Shown: piece by piece, positions 1 to 11,997 of the stretch
Layout of the letters: the number at the start of each line of letters is the position of its first letter
Numbering within the stretch: the stretch's first letter is position 1
NCBI RefSeq assembly: GCF_006345805.1
Contig: NC_043002.1
Location: forward strand, 50,034,001-50,098,000
From: Octopus sinensis
Taxonomy: Eukaryota
Direction of reading: 5' to 3'
Length of the DNA stretch: 64,000 bases
Made by a program: the position numbers and the translations under genes
Notes under the pieces: model-generated
Told to the model about the DNA's origin: nothing
What the model saw: only the letters and a program-made list of their open reading frames with translations
Database searches by the model: none

Positions 1-570
1 TATATATATATATATTTGTGTGTATTTTTGAGTTCATATTTCCTCATCCACACATTAGCTCATTGTAAACAACGGCTCTGCTTCGCTAATGTTGTCATTT
101 GCTTGTAGTCCACCACAAAAGCGGATCCATATTCATTGCCATCTCTTGACATGTAACCCGATCTTTGTAAACAAAAGATTTGTTCATACATTGTCATTTT
201 TTTTTTTCTCCTGTTTTTTTTTTTTTTTTTTTTCCCCCATTTTTGCCAGTACTTCACATAAAACATATCTGGTCTGTTTGTTGTTTGATAGACTAGGAGA
301 TACTTCAGTAGGAAACAATTGGGGTTTGGCAACAGGATGAGCATCTGGCTGTAGGAAAACTTTGCCCCCTGTTTTCATCCTACCCTTGGAAACATGGAAT
401 AGCAGATATTTAAACGATAATGATATGTATTTGGGTGTGTGTGTGTATATGTCTGCAATACTGAACAATATCCGTTTACTTTATATATGTATGTGTTATA
501 TATATATAGGGCAGTTTTGGTTTCATATCTAATACTCTCTATCTATACATGTGTCTATCCAACTATGTAT

Positions 571-677
571 CTGTCTATCTGTACAAGTGTGTGTGTGTGT
601 GTATGTGCATGTGTATATATATGTGTGCATATATATAGATGGAGAGACAGATAGATGTGTGTGTGTGTGTGCGTGTG

Positions 678-717
<40 letters not shown>

Positions 718-870
718 TAGATAGATAAACAGATACATATGTGCATGTGAGTGTGTGTGTATATATATGTAAACAGATAGATATGTGCATGTGTGTGTGT
801 GTGTGTGTATATATATATGTATATATATATAGATAGATAAATGTGTGTGTGTGTATGTATTTATTTATAC
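571..870. repeat. Compound (GT)n/(AT)n/(GATA)n microsatellite block
   Basis: Directly visible dinucleotide and tetranucleotide runs; they account for the spurious YI/HT/CV ORFs here. Confidence 0.95.
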
Positions 871-1141
871 ATGCATGCAGCGAGAGAGGGAGGGAGAGAA
901 AGAGAAAGGAATTGATGCATAGAGTGATACCCATATCCATGATACAAACTATCTCGTATATGACAATCTGTAAGTACCAGATATTGAAATAGATGAGGCT
1001 GATTACTTATAGACTTTGTCGACTGATGGGTGCAAGGTAATGTGTCTTGCTTAACGATGACACAATACCATTGCTTCTGGCTGACACAATAAATTAATAA
1101 ATAAAACAACTGATGACACACTGCTATCACCACCACTGCTG

Positions 1142-1175
<34 letters not shown>

Positions 1176-1675
1176 CTCTACTACTTGACATGAGATTTTA
1201 GAGGTGGGTGTTGTGTGAGCTGATGGTGATGGTTTGTTTAGCAGTGAAATGTCATACTTTGTTTCTTGTACTTATGTGATTCCATACATAACGTGTGTGT
1301 GTGTGTGTGTGTACATATATACGTATGCATGAACACACATTGTGGTGCAAGCACACTCCCACATCACACAACTTGTGTGCCATTCATGCACATGGATATT
1401 GTAAGGTTCTGTCGTGTGTGCATGCTCTAATATGTCTGTCAATCTCTCTCCGTCTCTGCATCTCTCTTTTTCTTTCTTTTATTCCCTGTGTACAGCATAC
1501 ATTCTATTATGAAGTGTACACATTTTTGTGTATATGTTTGTTCCCTTGTGTGTGTGTGTGTGTATCTCTGTGTCTGTCTGTCTCTCTCTACATATACATA
1601 TCATATATATATATATATATATGTTGCACACACACACACATACACACATATTATATATATATGTTATATATATAT

Positions 1676-1941
1676 TTCTTTTACTTGTTTCAGTCATTTT
1701 GACTGTGGCCATGCTGGACCACTGCCTTTAGTCAAACAAGTCGACACTGGGTCTTATTCTTTGTAAGCCTAGTACTTATTCTAACAGTCTCTCTTGCCAA
1801 ACCACTAAGTTACAGGATGTAAACACACCAACATCAGTTGTCAAGTGATGGTGGGGAACTAACACAAATACACACACAGCGGTCTTCTTTTAGCTTCTGC
1901 CTAGCAAATCCAGTCGTAAGGCTTTGGTTGGCCCGAAGTTA
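1676..1941 (-). mobile_element. SINE family A (CORE-like), 5'-truncated copy
   Basis: Reverse complement of the family A body and tail ending ...GACTGAAACAAGTAAAAG; matches the full copies at 12964 and 33338. Confidence 0.85.
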
Positions 1942-1965
1942 TTGTATATATATATATATATATAT

Positions 1966-2362
1966 ATTCTTTTATTTGTTTCAGACATTTGACTGCAGCA
2001 ATGCTGGAGCACCACCATGAGGGGTTTTAGTGAAACAAATTGACCCCCAGGGCTTATTTATTTAAAGCCTAGTACTTATTCTGTGTCTTTTGTTGAACTG
2101 CTAAGTTACTGGGATGTAAACACACCAACACCAGTTGTCAAACAGTGATGAGGGGACAAACATAGAGACAAAGATTTACACACATAGATATATACATATA
2201 TGTACAACAGGCTGCTTTTAGTTTCCATCTACCAAATTCTCTCACAAGGCTGAGGTTGGCCTGAGGCTATAATAGGTGACACTTGCGCAAGGTGCTATGC
2301 AGTGGGACTGAACCTAGAACCTTGTGGTTGGGAAGCAAGCTTCTTACCACACAGCCACATGC
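1966..2362 (-). mobile_element. SINE family A (CORE-like), near full length
   Basis: Head GTGGCTGTGTGGTAAGAAGCTTGC, B-box-like GGTTCAGTCCC, core similar to GGCACCTTGGGCAAGTGTC, central (TA/TG) tract, A-type tail. Confidence 0.85.
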
Positions 2363-4546
2363 AGGCATTATTAAAAAGTTCACTTCCCATGTATTTACAT
2401 GCATATAGGCACATGTAAGTGTCTGTTATTTACATCTGCACTTGCTTATATGAAAGTTATGATGTTCCTTTGTGTTGGTCTTACTCCTGTCAGATTGGTG
2501 ATCCTTAACTATAAAAGGCGGTGAGGTCTAGCATGAGGAAGAGAATCCAGCTGTAAAGCTCTTTTTTTTTTGTTTGCTGCTTTTGCAGATTCCCATGGCT
2601 CTCTGTCTCTGTTCAATTCCATTATTTGGATTGGGAGCTTGAGTCATAGTGAATCTTTCATTAGCTGATTACAGAACCATAAACACTACCCCTATGAATG
2701 GATTGCAGTTATTTCCTTGATAGAGTCTTGATCTTCTTGGATTCCTCTGCTCAGCCTCAATGTAAGAAGCACCATGGGCTCAGTTGAGCTCCTCCGCTAC
2801 CTCTTCACAATCAGCCATGCTGCAGTGCCATGTTTTTGCTCTATCCCTAGCAGGGTGGCTGAACAGATGCTATACCTTGCCAGAGTGTGGCCTGCAACTA
2901 TGCAGAACATGTTATCACTCCGTGAGGTATTTTCAAAGTACCTGCATACCTAAAGCTGTTAAGCAATCTGTCGATATATTTGTCTACCAAATTTGGCATG
3001 GAAAAACAGACATAAAAAACAAATGAAATGAACATAGGCACATATATATAAACATTTATGAAGGAAGCGGAGGATAGATTTAGCATTAGTCTTTATTCAG
3101 TACAACTAACACTGTGGAATTCCTGATGTAGATCCAGTGGAAATATATCCCAACTGTGGATGACATCTGGTAACCTAAACTGCGGATGTGCTTTACCCAA
3201 CACACTAAGTGGCATATACCCATTAGTCCCAAATGTTTACATTTAAGCATTTATGTATGTATATGTTTGTGTGTGTGTGCTGAACTAAACCAGTGGTAAT
3301 TCACAAGGGTAGTTCTCACTAGTCAGTGAAGTATACAATAATGAGATACCTAATAGACTGAAATGTGTTCTGAGGTTGCTACGATTGGCTAAAAAAAGCC
3401 ATGATGGTGGCACTTCGGCATTACTAGAAATCAGTGGGTGAAACCAGAATAAAAAAAATACAAGAGAAAGAGAGAGAAAGAAAGTATATATATATATGCG
3501 TTTGTATGCATGCACTCATTTATACACATCCAGATGCATATTTATTTTCTATACATTAATGCACTCATTTAATCCCCCACCACACACTCTCTCTCTCCAC
3601 ATGTATTCATACAATTTCTGTCTCAATTAGACTAATTTTTCCACCATCATATCTCTTCCTTTCTCTCTCCTCTGCACCTTTCTCTTCTCCCTTTTTCTCC
3701 ACTCTGTCTTCACACACACACCTGAATCAGCATACGATCTGCAACACTCAAGAGAGACTCTTTCAAAAAATATACTTTATGTTGCTCTCGGTATTGTCAT
3801 TATCATTGTTATACTTATTTCATATTTCTGGTTGCAGTTCCTTATTATTTTTTTTTTTAACTCTTGTGATTTTTTCCCCCCTTTTATTTTCATTCTTATT
3901 GCTTTCCCTTTTCATATCCTCTCTCTCACCACCTCTCCCCTCCTTCCTTCCTGTGATTTGATGACATATTACAAAATGAAAGAATTCTGACTTTTCCCAT
4001 CCGTTCTGACTATAAACATCTTATTCTTGATAATTTTTTTTATAAAACTAAAATACAAGTGCGTGCATGTGTGCATATACACATAAACACACATATTGCA
4101 ACTCCCCCACACACACATAGTTATACACTTGTATATTTTACACATTCATACATATATGCATTCCCCACATACGGGTCATTCCATGTGAAATCAACTTTTT
4201 TTTTTTAATGTAGTAAAACCCTTAAATTTTCATCAACCTTTGGTGATAGATTGCCTCTCTACAAAACTATTCCTTCTTGGCCTCTGCTTGCAAAGAAATG
4301 GGTTTCAGGAATTTGGATAGTTTGTGCTAATCTTTGCACTTCTTAACTCCTTGTTGTATTTACACTGTTTACTTGACCATTGTCTCATCTGATCTTCTTG
4401 TTGCATTCAATATGAATATGACCACAAGTGAATGTTGTGAGGAATTCATATACTAAACATAGAAATTGAATTTTCAAAACACTGCTCTCTTGAAATTTGT
4501 CTCAAATTTGCTCTTTGTTTCTGTGAGCAGTTGGCATTTTGATATA

Positions 4547-6000
4547 CCGTAAATTCTTGAGTATAGTCCACCCTTGAGTATAATACGCAGGGGATTTTTA
4601 GGGGGCTGTACCTCTGAAAAACTTAAACCTTGTGTATAATACGCACCCCTTCTCTAACTTGAGTCAAGGAGGTCTATATAATGTCCTTGGTTTGTAAAAA
4701 TGTATACAGTAACGTCCTTTATTATTATTGTATATATAACATAATGCAAACGTGTAGCTCTTTTGTGCATTTTGTTTGCAGAAAATAAAGAAATAACAGT
4801 AATAACGTCAGTGAAAAATAAATATTAAGTAAATTGCCTTTATATATTTATCACTATCAGTTAGAAAAGCAAAATCTTTCAAATTCAACGTCACTTTCAG
4901 CGTCAAATAACTGTTCCATTTATTCCTCCGTAAACATGTCAGCATCATTGTAGTGTAAATCTCCATCATCGTCAGATTCATAATCAACATCAGAAGATTC
5001 ACTTTCATTTATTTCATCTTTCCATACAACGTCATCCTGAGTACCATCAAGTGCAGACGACATACAACATTTGATAAAACTTTTCACAATAATCTGGGGA
5101 TCAAGTTCATTCCATGCATACACGAGCCATTTGCACATCAAAGTCAAGTTGGGAGCGCGAACCCTTCCACCTTTAGTGAACGACTTTATGCCTTGACATT
5201 AAGTTACTGGCCCAGCCAAGTGATGCTTTAAATTCTGACTCATTAAGTTTTATCTTTTTAGCAATGAGTTTTGCCTGTAGCCTCAAATGTACTGTATTTT
5301 AATGGCTATTCCACCAAGTCTTCTTTCCTCTACCCATTCAAGAAAAATTTTTTCAAGCTCAGGATGTTTGGCTTTTCCCTCCTTCTTGCCTTCTTTATCT
5401 TTGGCATCTGTTTAATTTCATCTTCATTTCTTCTCCATAACCTGACATCGCTTTCATCAACATTAAATTTTCTTGTGGTCCTATTCCATGCTCTTCAGCA
5501 TATGGTATGACTTCAAGTTTAAACATAGCTGAGTAAGATCTACAAGGCATTTTATGGGCATCTAATGTATAAAATGTTTTATTGGAGATTAATGTACAGG
5601 TTTAACTTCTGCTTATAAAAAACCCTAGTAAAAGACCCACAGTAGTTCAAACATTTAATACAGGTATTTAATTAAGTATCTATTGTTTGCCACTGTAATG
5701 ATGCAAACTGCCAATACAAACAGCAAGATGAACTATTTAGCACTAAACTATTAAGCACAATTCGTGCGTAATTACGCCAGCAGCACCTAGTCAAACAAAC
5801 ACTTCCATGCATGCGTAATGCAATAATAGTGATGTTCTTAACTGTTATATGGGAATGTAAATATGTTTGCAAATTGTTTTTGTTACATGTTATTCTGTGT
5901 TCTGTATACTTTTATTTTAATAAATGTTGCTTACTGCAAGTTATTGATGATTCTTTAAATTTTAGGGAAAAAAATGCGTATTATACCCGAGGATTTACGG
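4547..6000 (-). mobile_element. pogo-superfamily (Passer/POGK-like, Tc1-mariner group) DNA transposon, internally deleted and non-autonomous
   Basis: TIRs CCGTAAATTCTTGAGTATA (4547-) and reverse complement CCGTAAATCCTCGGGTATA (-6000), with TA at 4545-4546 and 6001-6002. The internal motif GTATAATACGCA recurs near the left end. Confidence 0.9.
4920..5550 (-). pseudogene. Disabled pogo-type transposase: Brinker-like DBD, CENP-B-type HTH and C-terminal tail; DDE domain absent
   Basis: Across frameshifts it reads MPCRSYSAMFKLEVIPYAEEHG... KHPELEKIFLEWVEERRLGG... EFKASLGWASNLMSRHK, joined near 5185 directly to SFTKGGRVRAPNLTLMCKWLVYAWNELDPQIIVKSFIKCCMSSALDGTQDDVVW. Confidence 0.85.
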
Positions 6001-6109
6001 TAGTCGTTTAAAATTTCTTTCATTGAAAAATGTAGGAGGTAAAGTTACAGTAGTTTAAATGCACACAATCTTTGATAAAGTTCAATGTTTTTTACCTGAT
6101 GTGGTCTAT

Positions 6110-6672
6110 GGTGGCTATGCCACTGACAACCTTATTTAAGTTGTTAGATGTTGTACACCATGAATCCATGTTTCACTGCCATGTTGCATGGCTGTTCGCA
6201 CACTTGCGTCATACAGTCTACCTTTTACTCTGAGTGAAAGAGCCTTTATCACCTACAGAGGTAGGAGCTCTCTAAACTTTGCCCTGGCTATTCTTACTTT
6301 AGCAGCCACACTTTCAGAGCATCCACCCCCGCTACTCACTTGGTCACCTAGGTAATGGAAGCTATCAACTACTTGTAGATTTTCCCCCATGGAATGTGAC
6401 GGAAGCTGCTTTCTGTACATTTTGAGTGTTTATTGCCTCTGAGCATTTGCCATACACAAAAACTATCTTCCCAGTTAGCCCTCCTTTGATAATGCTGCAC
6501 CTCTAATGTTCCATAGCTTACACTGGGTATACCTTCGGAGTTTCTACTTATGCCTTTTCTACAAATCGAGCAGGGCCATCTACCTGAAGGGATTTGTGGT
6601 TTGTCTGTCTTCCTACTTGTGATGACTTTGGTTTTTGCTGGATTGACTCTGAGGTCCTTCCACTCTAGACCT
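6110..6672 (-). mobile_element. RTE (BovB-like) LINE remnant, post-YADD part of the RT ORF
   Basis: Minus-strand translation with stops and frameshifts: GLE.KDLRVNPAKTKVI...GRWPCSICRKG...VVDSFHYLGDQVSSGGGCSESVAAKVRIARAKFRELLPL*...LRVKGRLYDASVRTAMQHGSETW. Confidence 0.9.
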
Positions 6673-6675
6673 TAG

Positions 6676-6849
6676 ATGTAAATATTTATGTATGTATGTG
6701 TATATATAGATGTAAATATGTATGTATGCGTATATATAGATGTAAATATGTATGTATATATGTGTATATATAGATGTAAATATGTATGTATATATGTGTA
6801 TATATAGATGTAAATATGTATGTATATATATATGTAGATATGTATGTAT
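6676..6849. repeat. AT-rich minisatellite, unit ~GTGTATATATAGATGTAAATATGTATGTAT
   Basis: About five imperfect units; the same unit recurs at ~7152-7215 and ~8531-8600. Confidence 0.8.
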
Positions 6850-7150
6850 ATCACTGTGATCACTGTGACCGACCAGGCTATCAGATGTTGCTACACATCG
6901 CTGGTCACAATGCGCTTCGCATTGTTTTAGCCTTCAAATGACGCCACCCCGCTGGCTAAGTGAGCAGGCCAACAGAAGAAAGAGTGAGAGAAAGTTGTGG
7001 CAAAAGAGTACAGCAGGGATCGCCACCACCCCCTGCTGGAGCCTCGTGGAGCTTTAGGTGTTTTCGCTCAATAAACACTCACAACGCCCAGTCTGGGAAT
7101 CAAAACTGCGATCCTACGACTGCGAGTCCGCTGCCCTAACCACTGGGCCA
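6850..7150 (-). mobile_element. tRNA-derived SINE family E, tail type 1
   Basis: Reverse complement reads TGGCCCAGTGGTTAGGGCAGCGGACTCGCAGTCGTAGGATCGCAGTTTTGATTCCCAGAC (A/B boxes); near-identical to 32979-33280. Confidence 0.9.
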
Positions 7151-7364
7151 TGTATGTATATATGTAGGTGTAAATATGTTTGTATGTGTATATATAGATG
7201 TATATATGTATGTGTATATATTATTATTGTTATAGTTGTCTTTTTGAGGTCGATGAAATAAGTACCAGTTAAACACTGGGTTGATGTAACCGATTTAACC
7301 CCTCCCTGAACTTGCTGGTCTAGTGCTAAAATTTGAAACCATTATTATTATTATTATTTATCAT

Positions 7365-7600
7365 GATTGAGTGAGAGAGCAGCACACACCATCAAAGTGA
7401 CACTGGGGTACAAATATATAAATCCCAATATACCCATCATGACTACCTGTGTGATGAAGATACAACCAAGCACATAAACATATGTGCATATGGATATAAC
7501 CATATGTGCATAACATAGTGACCTCATATCATGATAAACAGTACATGACCTTGCAGGTGGGGCCCAGAAATAGGATAGCATGCAAGCTATCTTATTTTCT
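7365..7600 (-). mobile_element. Unclassified interspersed repeat, 3' part, with (TAA)n tail
   Basis: Aligns with 14610-14820 (TGAGTGAGAGAGCAG...CATCAAAGTGACACTGGGG...GCAGGTGGGGCCCAG). Confidence 0.75.
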
Positions 7601-7891
7601 TCATTTGTCATTACATTCTCCGTATGGATTAGGAAGTAGGTGGGGGTGTGGGGGAAGGTAAAACCAAATCTACATGACAGCCAGTAAATGGTGGGAAACC
7701 ACCTCTACAAGTGACAGGAATTTAGATATATATGTATGGTAATTTATAAGGTTTAAAAAATATACTGGGAAATAATGTTATTTTAGAATTTTGATTTGTG
7801 TTTTTCTATACAGTTGTCAGAATCTTGTGTATTCTCTGAATTCTCATAATGCTACTAGCATCTGCATGCATATATATGTATATATATATAC

Positions 7892-7938
<47 letters not shown>

Positions 7939-8204
7939 CTATTATAATTGTTTTGCATGCGCCCTTGTGTTTATGTATTTTTTTATTGTCGAAAGTTACA
8001 GGTTACAGCAGTAACTTAATGGCCAAGAGATTCATGTATTGACGCTTATCCAACTGGCTTTTAACATCATATAAGTAATGTAATTAGTATAATTTATTAA
8101 TATTAACATGAAACCAGTTTATGTGTCACTACACAAAACTCTTGATCCCTATGTCACTCTGTAATTTCTTCAGGTTAATAGCATATAAAATATATATATA
8201 CACG

Positions 8205-8528
8205 TGTCAGGATGTTGGGATGTGTAGGGGTGTGGTGTGGATGGAGGGGGTAATAATGAAGTGAGAAGATGGGTACGAGTGAAGAGAGGAGGAGAGTCAG
8301 ATGAAGAGGGGAGGGGAATTGAGCCCATGTGGCGCAAAGGGGCGAAGAGAAAAGATTAATTCCTGTTCACAGTGAAGGTGGGGATTCGGATGGCCCCTGT
8401 TCAAAGACAATCCAAACACAGACAGGTGTTGTAATGAATGACCTGTTGAAATGAAATGGTCCGAGACTGGGGTGTCGCTGCCAAGTCTAATATCTCGGAG
8501 GTGTTCCGCAAACCGGCCAGCCAAGCGG
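8205..8528 (-). mobile_element. Penelope-like element 3' remnant, C-terminal half of GIY-YIG endonuclease
   Basis: ORF 8297-8524 reads RLAGRFAEHLRDIRLGSDTPVSDHFISTGHS...EQELIFSLRPFAPHGLN, matching the RF.EH...PV..HF...H...EQ.LIF.L....P.GLN pattern of PLE endonucleases. Confidence 0.85.
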
Positions 8529-8859
8529 TATATGTGTATATATAAATGTAAATATGTATGTATGTTTGTGTATATATAGATGTAAATATGTATGTGTATA
8601 AATGTCTATATGTTTATATGTATGCGTAAATATATATATATATGTTTATATGTATGTATAAATGTATATTTATTTATGCATGTTTGTATGTATAAATATG
8701 TATATATATATTTATATATGGTGATTGCTCCGTCTTTACAGATGATTTTCCTTTCCTTGTGCTTCTTTGTTGTCGATGCTATTTCTGACTTTCCTTCCAT
8801 GACCTGTCAGATGACTATTCAGTCCCGTTCCAGGTTTAAAGCCTATACTTTTGTGTGTA

Positions 8860-8915
<56 letters not shown>

Positions 8916-8945
8916 ATATATATTCTTTTCTTCTCTTTCCAACAG

Positions 8946-9018
8946 AATCTTTTCTAAGTATGTGATCGATTCCCAGGAAAGATACTTTTATGCAGTTCTT
9001 AAGTTGAGGGATAGCCTG
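8946..9018 (+). CDS. Candidate internal exon of an unidentified host gene (73 nt; IFSKYVIDSQERYFYAVLKLRDSL)
   Basis: Strong acceptor TTCTTTTCTTCTCTTTCCAACAG| and consensus donor CTG|GTAAGT. Only one frame is open (1 nt plus 24 codons). Unique sequence; I do not recognise the protein. Confidence 0.5.
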
Positions 9019-9103
9019 GTAAGTTGCATGTTTTGTACACTTTATATTAAGCGAGGCAGAGTGCTGCGAAGGACCGATATCTGCCTGGGAAGTACAGGAA
9101 GCG

Positions 9104-10069
9104 ATGAAGAGTTGCACGAGAGGTAGATCGCCGGGTTTGGATGGTCTGCCCTACGAGCTTTACTTTTCAATGCCAGACTTGTTTGCGGACCTGTTGGCAA
9201 ACGTCTACTGCAACTGGCAGCAAAACGGGAGAATTCCTGCTTTTGTCTGTCGAGGGGTGGTGGCTTTGCTAAAGAAGGACCCAAACAAGGGGGACGTTAT
9301 AGGGAATTTCCGGCCCATCACTCTGCTCAATGCAGAGTTGAAGATTTTGGCCAAGGTGCTAGCCAAGAGATTGGCGCTTGTCGTGGACAAGCTGGTCGGC
9401 AAGACGCAGACATGCGCCGTGCCGACCAGGTCGATACACGACAACCTCCATCTCATGCGCTACATCATAGAGAGGGTGGGTAACGACGCTGGCGCGGGTG
9501 GGGCTTTGATCAATTTGGATCAGAGTAAAGCCTTCGATAGGGTCGACCATCGGTACCTGGCAGCTGTCCTCAGGGCAGCCGGTTTCGGTTCAGTCTTCCG
9601 CGGGTGGATCGCTGCTTTATACAGCAACATCTGCTCGGTGATACGGGTGAACGGTCACCTTTCGGAACCGTTCGACATCTCGCGTTCGGTCCGCCAAGGA
9701 TGCCCTCTCTCCTCCCTCTTGTACATTTTGACTCTCGAGCCATTACTGCGCAAGTTGGAGGCTTTGAGGGGTATCCCGCGCGATCTAGGAGGCGGAAACA
9801 GCGTGTCTGCTTATGCCGACGACGTCACCGTGGTGGTGGTGTCGAGCCACAGGCACATTGGCCTGATTGGCGAGACGCTAAACCAGTACGAAGCGGTGAC
9901 AGGGGCAAAGATTAACGCGGAAAAGTCTGTGGGCTTGCAACTGGGCACCTGGAGAGGCAAGCCCATGCCGTCCAACAGTGTCGTAGGGCGCTGGACAGAC
10001 GGACCCGTTAAACTGCTCGGGGTCTGGTTCGGTCCGGACCTCCAGTGGATAAGAACTGGGAAGAGGTGA
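9104..10069 (+). CDS. LINE ORF2 reverse transcriptase domain, upstream of the frameshift
   Basis: SPGLDG, FRPITLLN, QTCAV...SIHDNL, LDQSKAFDRV, RQGCPLS, YADD, GAKIN..KS and LLGVWFG motifs. Confidence 0.95.
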   Translation: MKSCTRGRSPGLDGLPYELYFSMPDLFADLLANVYCNWQQNGRIPAFVCRGVVALLKKDPNKGDVIGNFRPITLLNAELKILAKVLAKRLALVVDKLVGKTQTCAVPTRSIHDNLHLMRYIIERVGNDAGAGGALINLDQSKAFDRVDHRYLAAVLRAAGFGSVFRGWIAALYSNICSVIRVNGHLSEPFDISRSVRQGCPLSSLLYILTLEPLLRKLEALRGIPRDLGGGNSVSAYADDVTVVVVSSHRHIGLIGETLNQYEAVTGAKINAEKSVGLQLGTWRGKPMPSNSVVGRWTDGPVKLLGVWFGPDLQWIRTGKR

Positions 10070-11181
10070 CGAGCAGGGTGGCACGTCTCACCCAGAAATG
10101 GGCTGAGAGGAAGCTGTCCCTGAAAGGTCGACCGGAGGTGGCGAATGCGTACATCGCATCCGTCATCTATTACCGCTTGACCGTCGTCCCTTGTCCCGAC
10201 CGCTGGTTGGCCAAGCTGGTACGTCTGCTCTTCGACTTTTTGTGGAAGGGTCAGGTGCCACTGGTCAGGCGATCCATCTGCTGTCAACGACCGCTGAACG
10301 GAGGCCTTGGAATGCCGTGGTTGCTGTTGCGCAGACATGCGCTCAGGCTGCGGCATCTCAAGCGCTTCCTAGACGGTGAACAGGTGTGGTCGTCTTTTGT
10401 CAGACGCGATTTTCCGCAGCTCGTCTCTTTGAAGGAGCTGCAGACCTGGATCAAACGTAGACCGAGAAAGGGCGCTTGGCACCTCGAGTGCCGTCAAGCC
10501 CTCTCCGCCCTCCGCCAGGCGGTCAATGCGGTCGGTTACAGCTCCACTCTAGCGTTCTATAGAGGGTTAGTGGAGGAAAAATGCGACGACGTTCTCGGGG
10601 AAACTCTAGGCGTTGAAGACGACGAACTGAGCGGTCTGTTCGGGAGGACTTTCGGGCCGGGGCCGATGGATAATTTCCAGAGGTCTCTCGCTTGGCAGTG
10701 CTACAGAGGGGCTCTGCCTGTTCGAGATAAACTCTACCGGCACGGAAGTGCCGTCAGCTGGGCCTGCCCGAGGTGTTGCCAGGACGACGAAACCGTTCTG
10801 CACGCACTCGTCCAGTGCCCAAGTATTGCTGAAATATGGGTTTATGTCGAACAGCTACTGTCACGTGTAGGACGGATCCGACTATCGGCCGAATCCATAG
10901 TGAAGATTGCCCCGCCGACCTCCTTTAACAAGGAGGGCGAGGCCGTTTTCTTGTGCCTAGTGGCTGTGGCGAAAGAGGTCGTGTGGTGGACTCGTTTGAA
11001 AGGGCTAAAGACAGACACTTTCCTCTTTGGTCAAGGCCTCATCAACTTTTTCAAGTTTCACTTGAAAAGGAAGATGAGGTTAGAGAGGAAAGTGCTGTCC
11101 AATAGCAAGTTTTATGAAAGGTGGGTGAATTGTGCGAGACTGGCCTGTATAAATGAACCAGTTCTCAGGTTTCGCCTGTGA
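10045..11181 (+). CDS. LINE ORF2 C-terminal part with zf-RVT/CCHC knuckle; joined to the upstream part by a 1-nt deletion
   Basis: CAG-TGGAT at 10043-10050 reads Q-M-D-K-N-W if one A is restored. Contains LSLKGR, GGLGMP and CPRCCQDDETVLHALVQC. Confidence 0.92.
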   Translation: MDKNWEEVTSRVARLTQKWAERKLSLKGRPEVANAYIASVIYYRLTVVPCPDRWLAKLVRLLFDFLWKGQVPLVRRSICCQRPLNGGLGMPWLLLRRHALRLRHLKRFLDGEQVWSSFVRRDFPQLVSLKELQTWIKRRPRKGAWHLECRQALSALRQAVNAVGYSSTLAFYRGLVEEKCDDVLGETLGVEDDELSGLFGRTFGPGPMDNFQRSLAWQCYRGALPVRDKLYRHGSAVSWACPRCCQDDETVLHALVQCPSIAEIWVYVEQLLSRVGRIRLSAESIVKIAPPTSFNKEGEAVFLCLVAVAKEVVWWTRLKGLKTDTFLFGQGLINFFKFHLKRKMRLERKVLSNSKFYERWVNCARLACINEPVLRFRL

Positions 11182-11548
11182 TTTCAAAAAGGTAATGTAA
11201 AAGGAGAAAAAAAGGGGACTCTCTACACCCCCTTTTTAGACCAGGCTCCCGTTGGCTTTTGTAGGGTTTTTTCCACCAGGAACCTTTCGAAACGTCTCCC
11301 CCTTTTGGGAGTTTTTCATTGTTGAATTTTATAAGTTGTTATAAAGATTTTTACTCGATGTTTTTAAAAAACGGCAAAACCCTTTGTAACCTTTCGTCCT
11401 GTCTTGTCCCTTTATGTAATCATGCGTGTCAGCCCTTGTGGCCAATAAAAAAGAATTAATTATTATTATTATTGTTAATAAGTTATTATTAATAGAAGTA
11501 TAAACATATATATATATATTTGTGTATGTTTATATGTATAAAGGTGTA

Positions 11549-11596
<48 letters not shown>

Positions 11597-11816
11597 CACA
11601 CACACACACACACACCATATTTTAATGTGTATAAGTGACCTCATAATTTCTTTGGCTTAAAATTTGGAAAAAAAGTCTTGCAAGGGGTTATAATACTATC
11701 CATGTATAAGAAACTCCCGTATTTTTTTAAACCTAATATCTGACAAAAAAGGGTTCCTTATGTTAAAATATGGTTGGTGCATGTTTATATGTATGTATGC
11801 CTGTGAGCATTCCAAA

Positions 11817-11997
11817 CAAAATGCTAAGCAGCATTTCATGTATTTTAACATTCTGACTTCAGATTCTTGTGAGTTTGACTTTATGTTTCATCCTTTTGGG
11901 GTTGATAAAATAAGTAGCAGTTGAGCACTGGGGTTGATGCAACTGACTTGCCCACTCCCTCAAACTTCGTGTCTATAATAAGAAAGGATTATTATAT
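11817..11997 (+). mobile_element. SINE family C, degenerate copy
   Basis: AAATGCTAAGCAGCATTTC...CATCCTTTTGGGGTTGATAAAATAAGTAGCAG...GAAAGGATTATTA, matching other C copies. Confidence 0.7.

Larger units (their letters stand above)
9047..11455 (+). mobile_element. L1/Tx1-clade LINE, 5'-truncated: RT, C-terminal zinc knuckle and 3'UTR
   Basis: GC-rich island. Frame opens at 9047 (LSEAECCEGPISAWEVQEAMKSC), ORF2 motifs run to the stop at 11181, then a 3'UTR with AATAAA at 11444-11449 and an A/AAT tail. Confidence 0.95.

Noticed and set aside
439-1766. Overlapping YI/HT/CV-rich ORFs, and the same pattern at 8592, 29959-30706, 40684 and 59371-60124
   Set aside because: Artefacts of (TA)n, (CA)n and (TG)n microsatellites.
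9811-10356. 181-aa antisense ORF and other short ORFs overlapping the LINE
   Set aside because: Expected shadow ORFs of GC-rich coding sequence; no motifs.
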